From an uncultured Gammaproteobacteria bacterium (GTDB lineage Bacteria > Patescibacteriota > Microgenomatia > UBA12405): 64,000 nt of DNA. Position numbers and translations under genes: made by a program. Under the pieces are notes generated by a model that was not told where the DNA came from, did no database searches, and saw nothing but the letters and a program-made list of their open reading frames with translations. The stretch covers positions 195,731 to 259,730 of the forward strand of contig CAZCYZ010000001.1 in the NCBI GenBank assembly GCA_964503465.1, given 5' to 3'. This document shows, piece by piece, positions 28,580-37,935 of this stretch. The first letter of the stretch is position 1. The number at the start of each line of letters is the position of its first letter.

Positions 28580-29114
28580 ATGATCTAGAATCCATCAATT
28601 CGCCAATAATTTTTCCTTTCTGAGTCATTCTTAGCCTTGGCACCGCCATTTTCGATGCCCTGACGTACGCTATTTCACCCCTATCGAGAAATTCGTAGTA
28701 ACCATCTGATGGTTCAGCAACTGCACCACTACCCCAATTCCATGTTGCACAAACAAGGATAAGGTCAATTTGACGTCCATTCCCCCAGGCCTCACGAACC
28801 AACTCCACTACATCCGTCTCACTGTCCTTGTTTTTTGTTGTCCAATCGCCATTATTCATATGGCCATGACCATCGATTACCATAAGATCTCTACACATAA
28901 TTTCATCGACCCGGAGACAGTCGACTATATAAATGTGTGGCTTGTCTGGTGGATCTATTGCTCCACACCAAGGATCAACTGGGGGAACATCAACAATGTA
29001 ATTCGGTGATTCCTGTACACCCCAAGGTAACTGCGGATGGTTTCGGTAATATTTTCCTAGTCCTCGAAACTCAGTTGGTTCTCGAGAATTAAACCATTCC
29101 GACAGATTTTTCAT
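28545..29114 (-). CDS. Hypothetical protein (189 aa)
   Basis: Intact ORF downstream of tRNA-Pro on the minus strand; DGHGHMNNGDW motif; no confident family. Confidence 0.4.
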   Translation of the reverse strand: MKNLSEWFNSREPTEFRGLGKYYRNHPQLPWGVQESPNYIVDVPPVDPWCGAIDPPDKPHIYIVDCLRVDEIMCRDLMVIDGHGHMNNGDWTTKNKDSETDVVELVREAWGNGRQIDLILVCATWNWGSGAVAEPSDGYYEFLDRGEIAYVRASKMAVPRLRMTQKGKIIGELMDSRSFANISRLLGEK

Positions 29115-29133
29115 AACACTTCATTCTATCAAA

Positions 29134-29209
29134 GGTCGGGGATAGCAGACTCGAACTGCCAGCCTCACGCACCCCATGCGTGCGCGCTAACCAATTGCGC
29201 CAATCCCCG
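29134..29209 (-). tRNA. tRNA-Pro (anticodon GGG)
   Basis: Manual fold of the reverse complement: 7-bp acceptor CGGGGAT/ATCCCCG, D-stem GCGC, anticodon stem CACGC/GCGTG with loop AT-GGG-GT, T-arm GGCAG-TTCGAGT-CTGCT; minus-strand TGaTATAAT extended -10 at about 29224-29233. Confidence 0.8.
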
Positions 29210-29304
29210 TTTTGGATCATCTATTATATCAACAATTCTTGTCTTCGTGTTTTATTCGGATTATCTCCTTGACATGATCTAGTCGTGATTGCTATCACTA
29301 ATCT

Positions 29305-30363
29305 ATGAAAAAGAAAAAAGTCAAAGACACTGCCAATATCTCCACTGGTAAGCTCGAAGCCGTCAAAAGTGCCCTTGAGCTTATCAACAAACAATATGGT
29401 GAAGGTGCCATTATGAAACTTGGACAAAACCAAGCCGAAATCAAAATTGAGGTTATTCCTACTGGTTGTCTTCCTCTCGATATTGCTCTTGGTGTCGGCG
29501 GTTTACCTCGTGGTCGGATTACCGAAATATTTGGACCAGAAGCTTCTGGTAAAACCACTCTTTGTCTTCATGTCATCAAAGAAGCCCAAAAACTTGGTGG
29601 TACTGCCGCCTTTATTGACGCTGAACATGCCCTTGATGCTTCCCGAGCCTCCATTATTGGGGTTGACCTCGACAACCTCTTGGTTTCTCAGCCCGACAAT
29701 GGGGAACAAGCCCTCGAAATCGTTGAAACTTTAGTCCGTAGTAACGCCGTTGATGTTATTGTCGTTGATTCTGTTGCTGCCCTTGTTCCCAAAGCCGAAA
29801 TTGAAGGTGAAATGGGGGATTCAATGATGGGACTTCAAGCTCGTCTTATGTCCCAGGCCCTTCGAAAACTCACTGGTGCTATTTCTAAGTCAAAATCAGT
29901 TGTCATTTTTACCAATCAAATGCGCCAAAAAATTGGTGTCATGTTTGGTAATCCTGAAACCACTACTGGTGGTTTGGCACTCAAATTTTACGCCTCAATT
30001 CGTATTGATGTCCGCAAAATAGCCAATATCAAAACCAGCAGTGGCGATACTGTCGGGTCTCAACATCGAGCTCGTATCATCAAGAACAAAGTTGCTCCTC
30101 CTTTTAAAGAAGCCGAATTTGACATTATGAACACTGAAGGAATCTCGATTTATGGTGGTCTGGTTGATCTTAGTGTCCAGCACGGCCTGATTACCAAATC
30201 CGGGGCCTTCTTCAAAGTTGAAGACCAAAACCTTCAAGGACGAGAGGCCACCAAGCACTATCTTAAAAACAACCCTCAAATCGCTGACAATCTTCGGGAT
30301 AAAATTTGGCAACTCATCAAATCAGGTGCAAACACTAACCAAAGCCCAAATCAATCCGATTAG
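29305..30363 (+). CDS. recA: Recombinase RecA
   Basis: [13 protein letters not shown] Walker A; full-length RecA. Confidence 0.97.
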   Translation: MKKKKVKDTANISTGKLEAVKSALELINKQYGEGAIMKLGQNQAEIKIEVIPTGCLPLDIALGVGGLPRGRITEIFGPEASGKTTLCLHVIKEAQKLGGTAAFIDAEHALDASRASIIGVDLDNLLVSQPDNGEQALEIVETLVRSNAVDVIVVDSVAALVPKAEIEGEMGDSMMGLQARLMSQALRKLTGAISKSKSVVIFTNQMRQKIGVMFGNPETTTGGLALKFYASIRIDVRKIANIKTSSGDTVGSQHRARIIKNKVAPPFKEAEFDIMNTEGISIYGGLVDLSVQHGLITKSGAFFKVEDQNLQGREATKHYLKNNPQIADNLRDKIWQLIKSGANTNQSPNQSD

Positions 30364-30430
30364 ACAACTGGTCACCTTAAGGTTCTCTGACAACTCTTAT
30401 TTCCCCGTTTCGATTGACGATTATTACCAA

Positions 30431-30934
30431 TTGCATCCAACTACTATTGATGCATCTCTGATTACTGCCTCATTTCTTTTTCTCCTCAAGGATTACGCTC
30501 TTCGTCAACTCAGCTTCTCTCCCAAAACATCTACTATTCTCAAACTAAAACTTCGTCAATATTATTATCAACTCCTTCACCGTTATCGGTATCCTCTAAA
30601 ACCCTCACTTGAGCCACTTTTAAATTCTGTTATCGATTATCTTACTTCCCGCTCTCTTCTTAGTTCGGATTCATTTATTAAGCACTTAATTAATCAAAAT
30701 CCACTCAAGTCAACTCGCCATTTGATATTTTTGTTCCAAAAAGCTGGTTTAAGCCAGTCTGAATATAACCCTTATTTGCCTGATCTCTACCGGGCCGATG
30801 AAACCAAAGTTCGAAAATTGATCTCCAAAAGGCCCACTCTTCCTTATCTTAAGTTGTTTTCCTGGCTCGTAGGTCGTGGTTTTGACCAAAGTACGGTAAA
30901 AACTATCATTGACGAAACCAACTCTAATCGGTAG
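30431..30934 (+). CDS. recX: Regulatory protein RecX (start uncertain; the in-frame ORF extends back to a TTG at 30218 overlapping recA)
   Basis: Follows recA; C-terminal LKLFSWLVGRGFDQSTVKTII resembles the RecX repeat terminus; 30431 is the first in-frame TTG after the recA stop. Confidence 0.5.
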   Translation: MHPTTIDASLITASFLFLLKDYALRQLSFSPKTSTILKLKLRQYYYQLLHRYRYPLKPSLEPLLNSVIDYLTSRSLLSSDSFIKHLINQNPLKSTRHLIFLFQKAGLSQSEYNPYLPDLYRADETKVRKLISKRPTLPYLKLFSWLVGRGFDQSTVKTIIDETNSNR

Positions 30935-31066
30935 AATATATAGTCTTTGGATTACTTTATCTATTCAAATTACTTTTTTACCTAAATTCTACCTAGATGT
31001 TAGACCGCCGTATTCACTTCAAGTCAATCAATCGCTGGTAGGGTCAAGGTTTTTTTAGGAGGTTTT

Positions 31067-32620
31067 ATGTTCGATTTCTTTCTCACTAAAGTCCGGGGTA
31101 TTCTATCCGCTGACAAATCACCCAAAGTCACCCCGCCACCAGTTAAACCCAGTATTCAGCCTGACAACAATCGGGTTGTTTTTGCTCCTCAAAAGCCAGT
31201 AAAAAATCATCCCAAAGTTACTCCTAAGGTTGATCCTGCCCTTCAGCAAGCCGCCAGTGTTGCTCTCCAAAATGCTCAACGTCTTGAGGCCGCTGCTGCC
31301 GCCAAGGAAAATGAAGTTTTTCGCCGTCTCCAATCATTGGACGAGAAAGAACGTTATCTTATTCAAAAAGAAAAGTCACTTGATTCTCAATCAGCTGAAC
31401 TAAAAACAAAACTTGAGTCGGTTGACGATCTATATCGCAAACAGCTCGACAAATTAGAAGCCATTTCTGGCCTAGATATCGAAAAGGCCAAACAACTAAT
31501 TGTTGCCAGTACCGAAAAGAAAATGAGCACTTGGCTTGCCAAAAAAATTGAAGAAACCAAACAAGACCTTCGTCAACGCGAAGAGGAACTGGCCAAAGAA
31601 ATCCTTATTGACTCTATCCGTCATGGCATCACTGACTATGTTGCTGAATACACTGTTTCAGTTATTTCACTCCCTGACGATACTATCAAAGGCAAAATTA
31701 TTGGTCGTGAAGGACGCAACATTCGTACTTTCGAAAAAGTTACTGGTGTCGAACTAGAACTTGACGAAACCAATGACATTCGTATTTCATCTTTCGATTC
31801 TACTCGTCGCGAAATTGCTCGTATTTCCCTGGAACGTCTCATCAAAGATGGTCGTATTCAACCAGTCCGTATCGAGCAAATTGTTGCTCAAACAAAATCA
31901 GAAATGGATAAAATTCTTCTCAATGAAGGTCGAAAGATTTGTCAAGAAGTTGGTGTTTACAATCTTCCAATTGAGCTTATTCAAGCAATTGGTAAATACA
32001 AATATCGTTTCTCTTATGGCCAAAATTTGGCCAAACACACCATTGAAGCCACCAAAATTGCCGTTAACATTGCTCATGAACTTCACGCCGACATCAATAC
32101 CGTTCGTCTCGGCTGTCTACTCCACGATATTGGCAAAGTTATTACCGACCAGGAAGGGACTCATGTTGATTTAGGTGTCGATCTTCTTCGTCAACACAAA
32201 ATCCCCGAGAAAGTTATCGATTGTGTTTCAGAGCATCATCAGGACAAAGAGTTTACCAGTCCAGAAGCTGTTATTGTCTACATGGGTGATGCCGCCTCTG
32301 GCGCCCGGCCCGGTGCACGTTACGAGGTTCACGAGGAATATCTCAAGAGGATGAAAAACATCGAAGAAGTCGCCAAAAGTTTTTCGGGTGTAATTTCTGT
32401 GGCCGCTTACCAGGCTGGCCGTGAAGTTATGGTTATTGTCGAACCAAGCCAGGTCTCCGATGCCGAAGGTGTCGTTCTTTCACAAAACATTGCTGATAAG
32501 CTCGAAGAAGAAGCCAAATGGGCTGGTCAAATAAAAGTTACCGTTGTTCGCGAAACCAGAACCAGTAGTGTAGTTGTTGGTAGCAAGATCAATAAAAGTG
32601 CGGTTAAAAACGAAGCGTAG
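31067..32620 (+). CDS. rny: Ribonuclease Y
   Basis: Coiled-coil N-region, KH domain (IIGREGRNIRTFEKVTGV), HD domain (LLHDIGK); strong RBS taggaggt upstream. Confidence 0.9.
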   Translation: MFDFFLTKVRGILSADKSPKVTPPPVKPSIQPDNNRVVFAPQKPVKNHPKVTPKVDPALQQAASVALQNAQRLEAAAAAKENEVFRRLQSLDEKERYLIQKEKSLDSQSAELKTKLESVDDLYRKQLDKLEAISGLDIEKAKQLIVASTEKKMSTWLAKKIEETKQDLRQREEELAKEILIDSIRHGITDYVAEYTVSVISLPDDTIKGKIIGREGRNIRTFEKVTGVELELDETNDIRISSFDSTRREIARISLERLIKDGRIQPVRIEQIVAQTKSEMDKILLNEGRKICQEVGVYNLPIELIQAIGKYKYRFSYGQNLAKHTIEATKIAVNIAHELHADINTVRLGCLLHDIGKVITDQEGTHVDLGVDLLRQHKIPEKVIDCVSEHHQDKEFTSPEAVIVYMGDAASGARPGARYEVHEEYLKRMKNIEEVAKSFSGVISVAAYQAGREVMVIVEPSQVSDAEGVVLSQNIADKLEEEAKWAGQIKVTVVRETRTSSVVVGSKINKSAVKNEA

Positions 32621-32680
32621 TCCTTGCAAAACTAATAAATTTGGCGTAAATTCAAGAGAATTAAAAATTTAAAAAAAATA

Positions 32681-32953
32681 ATGACCAAAAAAGATCTCAT
32701 CGAACTCGTTGCCCAAAAAGCCCGCCTCAGTAAAAAAGCCGCTAAATCTGCGGTCGAAACATTCTTAACCGAAATCATGAAAGCCTTAAGTGGTGGAGAG
32801 GTTGTTAAACTCTCTGGTTTTGGTACCTTCAAAACCAAAATGTTCAAAGCTAAAACTATTAAAGCTATTGGTTCCAAGGAAGCCAAGAAAATCGTTGCTC
32901 GTCGTATGCCTCGCTACATTCCCGGTACCAAAATCAAGAAAATGGTCAAATAA
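32681..32953 (+). CDS. hup: DNA-binding protein HU
   Basis: MTKKDLIELVA...GFGTFKT...RMPRYIPGTK. Confidence 0.9.
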   Translation: MTKKDLIELVAQKARLSKKAAKSAVETFLTEIMKALSGGEVVKLSGFGTFKTKMFKAKTIKAIGSKEAKKIVARRMPRYIPGTKIKKMVK

Positions 32954-32970
32954 TTAATTTTCTCCATCCA

Positions 32971-33004
32971 AATCCCCCTTGAACTATCTAAAGGGGGATT
33001 TTTG
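32971..33004 (+). terminator. Intrinsic terminator after hup
   Basis: aatccccctt-gaactatcta-aagggggatt hairpin followed by tttt. Confidence 0.8.
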
Positions 33005-33018
33005 GTTTAGAATTGTCC

Positions 33019-33342
33019 ATGACAGTCCTTATTTGGCCAATTGTTAGCATTGTCATTAACGCCTTACTTTCACTGTATCGACACCGGGGCTTCCAAATTT
33101 TTCCAGTTTTTGCCACTTATGATTGTTTCTATTACGATGGGTTCATTCTTTGGTCACTTCGACTACTTCTCGTTTCATCAATTGTCTACCTATCATTTTG
33201 GGTTTTTCGGGAAAAGGTCAGACCCAAAATTATTCTTTATTTTTTAATTATTTTTTGTTTTATATTATTGGTATATTTATATTCCGTTCATATTGAACAA
33301 ACACCCGGTCCCAACGGATCATCCTGGTGTCAATATATATGA
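33019..33342 (+). CDS. Hypothetical small membrane protein (doubtful)
   Basis: Three hydrophobic segments; the 3' half is extremely AT-rich and may be promoter DNA rather than coding. Confidence 0.25.
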   Translation: MTVLIWPIVSIVINALLSLYRHRGFQIFPVFATYDCFYYDGFILWSLRLLLVSSIVYLSFWVFREKVRPKIILYFLIIFCFILLVYLYSVHIEQTPGPNGSSWCQYI

Positions 33343-34298
33343 TTCCGACTATTTCCGTTTCTCACCTCTCCAAATCTTTCAAGGTTTTTGACAAGCAACC
33401 CGGTTTGGTCTCTTCAATTAAATCCATTTTTTACCGTCCCCAACATCTTGTTGAAGCGGTAAAGGACATTAGTTTCACCATCAACGAAGGTGAACTAGTT
33501 GGTTTTATTGGTCCCAACGGCGCCGGCAAAACCACCACCCTCAAAATGCTCTCTGGTCTTCTTTATCCCACCTCGGGCCATATCAATGTCCTTGGATTTA
33601 CTCCTCAGGACAGAAATTATGATTTTTTAAAAAAAATCGGCTTTGTTTTGGGGCAAAAGAATCAACTTTGGTGGGATATTCCACCCCAGGAAAGCTTTCT
33701 TCTTATCAAAGCCATGTACGACATCACTGACCGTGATTATCGTCGTCGCTTGGATTTTTTTATTGAGTCTCTTGAAATTGGAGACATCATTCGAATTCAA
33801 ACCAAAAAACTCTCTCTTGGACAAAGAATGCGCTGTGAGTTTGCTGCCGCCCTTCTCCATTCCCCCAAAGTTATCTTTCTTGATGAACCCACTATCGGCC
33901 TTGATGTTGTTGCCAATCTTAAAATTCGTGATTTTATTCATCAATACAATCAGGAATATAAATCAACCATTATCCTTACTAGCCACAACATGGCTGATGT
34001 TTCCAAACTTTGCCGTCGGGTAATTATTATTGATCGCGGAGCTATTTACTACGATGGCTCTCTTGTCGATCTCACCTCCAAATATACCCAACTCAAACTC
34101 CTCAAATTTACCTTCGAACATCCGGTTACTGTCAAGGAACTCAAGCAATCCGGCCAAACTATCAGTCTGTCTCTCCCAAAACACGAAGCTCTTAAATTAG
34201 CCGCCAAGTTGATTTCCAAATATCCGGTAGTTGATCTTAATATCGAAGATCCCCCAATCGAAGACATTATTCGCCAAATTTTTGTTAATCATGCTTAA
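33327..34298 (+). CDS. ABC transporter ATP-binding protein (NBD plus about 90-aa C-terminal domain)
   Basis: Walker A GPNGAGKTTTLKML, signature LSLGQRMR, Walker B IFLDEPT, H-loop. Confidence 0.9.
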   Translation: MSIYMIPTISVSHLSKSFKVFDKQPGLVSSIKSIFYRPQHLVEAVKDISFTINEGELVGFIGPNGAGKTTTLKMLSGLLYPTSGHINVLGFTPQDRNYDFLKKIGFVLGQKNQLWWDIPPQESFLLIKAMYDITDRDYRRRLDFFIESLEIGDIIRIQTKKLSLGQRMRCEFAAALLHSPKVIFLDEPTIGLDVVANLKIRDFIHQYNQEYKSTIILTSHNMADVSKLCRRVIIIDRGAIYYDGSLVDLTSKYTQLKLLKFTFEHPVTVKELKQSGQTISLSLPKHEALKLAAKLISKYPVVDLNIEDPPIEDIIRQIFVNHA

Positions 34299-35085
34299 GT
34301 ACTACATCATCGCCAAAAACACTCTCCAGGTCTATTTTGCCTACCGGCTCAATTTTATCTTTTGGCGGCTTCAGGTAATCATTTCTTTCCTAATTTTTTA
34401 TTATCTTTGGTTTGCTGTTGCCCAAGGCAAACAAACAGTAGGGGATTATACTATTCCCCAAATTTATTCATATTTTGTTATTGGTTATATTATTCGAGCC
34501 TTAGTTTTTTCCACTCGGACCGGTGATATTGGTGGTGATATTCAGTCCGGTACCCTCTCGTCCCTGCTTCTCAGGCCTATAGGCATTATTAAGTTCTATT
34601 TTAGCCGTGACCTTATCGATAAGCTTTTTAATTTAGTTTTTATGACCATTGAGTTTGGACTTATTGTTCTTGTTCTTCGGCCCCAGTTAGTTATTCCCAG
34701 CCCCCTCGATCTCCTCTACTTCACCATTTCCCTTATTATCGCTATTGTCATTTTCTTTTTTTACAGTCTAATAATTTCTTTTCTAACTTTTTGGACCGAT
34801 CAGGCCTGGTCGTCTCGTTTTCTTTTTGGAGTTGTTTTTATTAACCTTTTTTCGGGTCAATATATTCCCCTCGATCTTCTTCCTCGACCTTTGTTCCAGA
34901 TTCTAAACTACACCCCATTTCCCTACCTTTATTATTATCCTGTTCGTTTTTGGTTGGGCAAAGACATTGGTCTAGAACCGCTTCTGACACTTTTTATATC
35001 CCTTCTTATCTTGGGACTATTTTACTTTTCTGCTAATCTCCTCTGGATTCGAGGAAAACTTCGCTATCAGGCTTATGGCAATTAA
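34291..35085 (+). CDS. ABC-2 family transporter permease (subunit 1)
   Basis: About 6 TM helices; start ATG overlaps the ATPase stop (ATGCTTAAG); ABC-2/COG4587-like. Confidence 0.7.
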   Translation: MLKYYIIAKNTLQVYFAYRLNFIFWRLQVIISFLIFYYLWFAVAQGKQTVGDYTIPQIYSYFVIGYIIRALVFSTRTGDIGGDIQSGTLSSLLLRPIGIIKFYFSRDLIDKLFNLVFMTIEFGLIVLVLRPQLVIPSPLDLLYFTISLIIAIVIFFFYSLIISFLTFWTDQAWSSRFLFGVVFINLFSGQYIPLDLLPRPLFQILNYTPFPYLYYYPVRFWLGKDIGLEPLLTLFISLLILGLFYFSANLLWIRGKLRYQAYGN

Positions 35086-35866
35086 AAACGTTTTTACCAC
35101 TTGGATTATTATCGCCAAGAATAATCTCCAAAACCAGCTTCTGACAGCCTCATCATCGTTTTTTTTTATTATTGGTAAAATTGTTACCTTTATCTTCACC
35201 CTACTTACCATCTTTGCCATTTTTAGTACCACCCAAACAATTGTTGGTTTTTCTCTCCATCAGGCTATTATTGTCACTGTTGTCTACAATCTCATCGACT
35301 CATTTACTCAATTTTTATTTCGTTCCATCTATTCTTTTCGTCCGGTATTACTCCGGGGGGAGTTTGACCTTGATTTACTCAAGCCATTACCTTCATTTTT
35401 TCGCCCACTACTCTCTGGCCCGGACTTCTTTGATCTCCCCTCCATCATTATTCAGGTGGTTAGTCTAATTTTTTTCCTTATTAAATTTAATATTAATCCA
35501 AGTCTTGTTGACATTGCCGCCTTTCTTTCTCTCTTTTTAATTAGTGTCATTGTTGCTTTTTCACTACACTTATTAATGGCCGCCTTTTCCATCCTCACCA
35601 CCGAAATTGACAATATTGCCTGGATATACCGTTCTTTTGTCAGGGCAGGAATTGTTCCCACTGATGTTTATACCGGTAGTTTTAGGTTAATTCTTGACTA
35701 CATTATCCCTGTCACCATTCTCGTGACTGTTCCCGCTAAGGCTATCCTTGGTCTTCTTGATTTCCACTTTATTACCTACGTCGTCATTTTTTCGGCAATT
35801 TTGCTTACCATCTCTCTTTGGTTCTGGCGCTTCACTCTTCGCCACTATACCAGTACTGGCAGCTAA
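35075..35866 (+). CDS. ABC-2 family transporter permease (subunit 2)
   Basis: Second, distinct 6-TM permease overlapping the previous gene by 11 nt. Confidence 0.7.
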   Translation: MAIKNVFTTWIIIAKNNLQNQLLTASSSFFFIIGKIVTFIFTLLTIFAIFSTTQTIVGFSLHQAIIVTVVYNLIDSFTQFLFRSIYSFRPVLLRGEFDLDLLKPLPSFFRPLLSGPDFFDLPSIIIQVVSLIFFLIKFNINPSLVDIAAFLSLFLISVIVAFSLHLLMAAFSILTTEIDNIAWIYRSFVRAGIVPTDVYTGSFRLILDYIIPVTILVTVPAKAILGLLDFHFITYVVIFSAILLTISLWFWRFTLRHYTSTGS

Positions 35867-35886
35867 GTTGAGATATAATATAGGAT

Positions 35887-37626
35887 ATGCAATCGGTAAA
35901 GGTTGTTCTAATCAACTTAACCAAGCCAAATACAGCCAAGGGTTCAGGCCTGGAAGCCTTAGGAATTGAAACTGTCGCAGGACACATTTTGGGGAAATTT
36001 GGCCCTATGATCAAGGTAAGACTGTTCGATGCCCAGCTTGATTCAATATCAAAAATAATATCTAAAGTACGCAATTTTAACCCGGATCTTGTGGGTATCT
36101 CGGTTAATATCGGAGCAATTTCTGCTGCCGGACTGATTACAAAAAAGTTAACTAAATATCAGAACCCAAAAATTGTTTTTGGGGCTCGGGGGGCTGAATT
36201 CTATCCAGATTATTTACCCTGCCCCATAAGAACAGAGTGTTTTATAGCTTCTGGGTGGGGGGAAATAGCTTTGGAAGATATCGTATCCTATATGATTGGG
36301 AAAAAAGACTTAAAGCAGATAAGAAACATCCTAAAATATAGCTCCCCAGATAGCAATCTCTGGCAATCTACACCATGGTCAAAACAAGCAATTTTAGATT
36401 TACGAAAATCATTTCCGCCCTATCGGGCCAACCTAGACAGATATCGAAAACATGAAATGGTGACCATGGAGACTCAAAGAGGTTGCCCATATGCAAAATG
36501 TTATTTTTGTCCTCGGCCACACTCCTTAAAAGAGATACATATTTTTCCGATTGAAAAGAAGTTGAGAGAGTTGGTGTATCTATCCAAAAAGAAAGTTCGA
36601 AGCATTCCCATCATAGACGAAGAGTTTTTTCTTGGAAAAAATGGAATTAGCAAAAAAATAAAGTTGATAGAAGGGATCATTAAATATAAAAACAGAGGAC
36701 AAATTCATCCAGACCTAAACTTTTGTGTTGACATGAGAGCTGATACTATCTGTACGGCTATTGATGAGTTTGGCGGACTTGGTAATTCTAGTAACCCTCT
36801 TAATTTACTCAAAAGTGCCGGGGTGAAATTTATCTTTGTTGGCATAGAGAGTCTTTCTCAAGGAATGCTTGATCATCTCAACAAGGGGACAACTGTTGAA
36901 CAGAATGTAAGAGCTGTAACAGCTTTAAGAGAAGTTGGAATAAAATTTCAAGCAGGTAGCCTCAGTCTGGCTCCATTGATGAGGTTTAATTGGCTCAAGG
37001 AATCAGTAATTAGAATCCGACAACAAAACTTAGCTGAGCTTGCCGATCCTTCCTTACCTTTGATTCTATTTTCCACCTCAGAATATTACAAAAGGTATTT
37101 CGTTGATCATAAAGACAATCAAGAACTTCTTGACCTAACAAATAAAAACTTACCTGCCCTCGACACCTTATCTGGAATTCCCTATAAATACAAAGATCCT
37201 AAAGTTCAGATTATTGCTGGGGTTCACGATTTCCATGAAAAAGAGATGTATTTGCTAATGAAGAAACTAAGAAGTATCAATGCAAAGTTAGTTTATGGTG
37301 GAGAGGAAAAATCCGATATATATATGGAAATTTGGAAGTGGTTGAGTTATGGGCGACTGGAAATTATTCTTTGGGGTATGGAGGAGTTATGTGGTGAGTT
37401 ATCTAAAACTGACTGGAGGAAAACTATCTCCATAAAGCATCGTCTGATTTTTAAAGAGATGCAAAGGAGAAAACAGTATATGGCAACATCGCTCTTGAGG
37501 TTTATTCTACGTTCAAAACAGTCACTAAATCATAATCAAAAAAGATTGGTTGAGGTAAGTGATCTACTTAAGATAACCAAGGAGGTAACCAGCTCTACCC
37601 AATCGGTATATCGATTCGAAAGTTAA
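35887..37626 (+). CDS. B12-binding-domain-containing radical SAM protein (class B-like), function unknown
   Basis: N-terminal cobalamin-binding-like domain (VVLINLTKPN...DLVGISV), Fe-S motif RGCPYAKCYFC (CX4CX2C), Elp3-like FIFVGIESLSQGMLDHLNKG motif, long C-terminal extension without SPASM cysteines; AGA/ATA-rich codon usage unlike neighbouring genes. Confidence 0.75.
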   Translation: MQSVKVVLINLTKPNTAKGSGLEALGIETVAGHILGKFGPMIKVRLFDAQLDSISKIISKVRNFNPDLVGISVNIGAISAAGLITKKLTKYQNPKIVFGARGAEFYPDYLPCPIRTECFIASGWGEIALEDIVSYMIGKKDLKQIRNILKYSSPDSNLWQSTPWSKQAILDLRKSFPPYRANLDRYRKHEMVTMETQRGCPYAKCYFCPRPHSLKEIHIFPIEKKLRELVYLSKKKVRSIPIIDEEFFLGKNGISKKIKLIEGIIKYKNRGQIHPDLNFCVDMRADTICTAIDEFGGLGNSSNPLNLLKSAGVKFIFVGIESLSQGMLDHLNKGTTVEQNVRAVTALREVGIKFQAGSLSLAPLMRFNWLKESVIRIRQQNLAELADPSLPLILFSTSEYYKRYFVDHKDNQELLDLTNKNLPALDTLSGIPYKYKDPKVQIIAGVHDFHEKEMYLLMKKLRSINAKLVYGGEEKSDIYMEIWKWLSYGRLEIILWGMEELCGELSKTDWRKTISIKHRLIFKEMQRRKQYMATSLLRFILRSKQSLNHNQKRLVEVSDLLKITKEVTSSTQSVYRFES

Positions 37627-37731
37627 AACAGAGGGACAATTCTCCTTCGACAATCATCAGAATAAAACTAGTGATGTTTTTCTACCACCTGCCTCTTTAC
37701 AGTCTACATAGTTAATATATACAATAATCCC

Positions 37732-37923
37732 ATGTCTAGTCCAGACCAAAAACCAACAACTCACGCATCATCACCTTCACATCCACAGCAAAGACTGATT
37801 GAGAGTCTTTTACACCCAGAATCTAGCTGCTACTTTCCGGCTCATCCACCATCGGATAGAACCAAACGTATTCTCGAGGACATGGAAAGGAGACTGAACA
37901 GTCAAAGTCAAATTAAACCGTAA
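37732..37923 (+). CDS. Small hypothetical protein (63 aa, Ser/Pro/His-rich), co-located with the rSAM gene
   Basis: Shares the rSAM gene's AGA/AGG codon bias; no SD sequence; no homology recognised. Confidence 0.3.
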   Translation: MSSPDQKPTTHASSPSHPQQRLIESLLHPESSCYFPAHPPSDRTKRILEDMERRLNSQSQIKP

Positions 37924-37935
37924 TATAATACCCTG

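Noticed and set aside
30218-30430. Extension of recX back to a TTG start at 30218 (as in the ORF track), overlapping recA by 146 nt
   Set aside because: A 146-nt same-strand overlap is implausible. The first in-frame start after the recA stop (TTG at 30431) is preferred, although the true start remains uncertain.
33013-33018. TTG start at 33013 for the small membrane ORF
   Set aside because: An ATG at 33019 two codons downstream is the more likely start. The whole ORF is low-confidence anyway.
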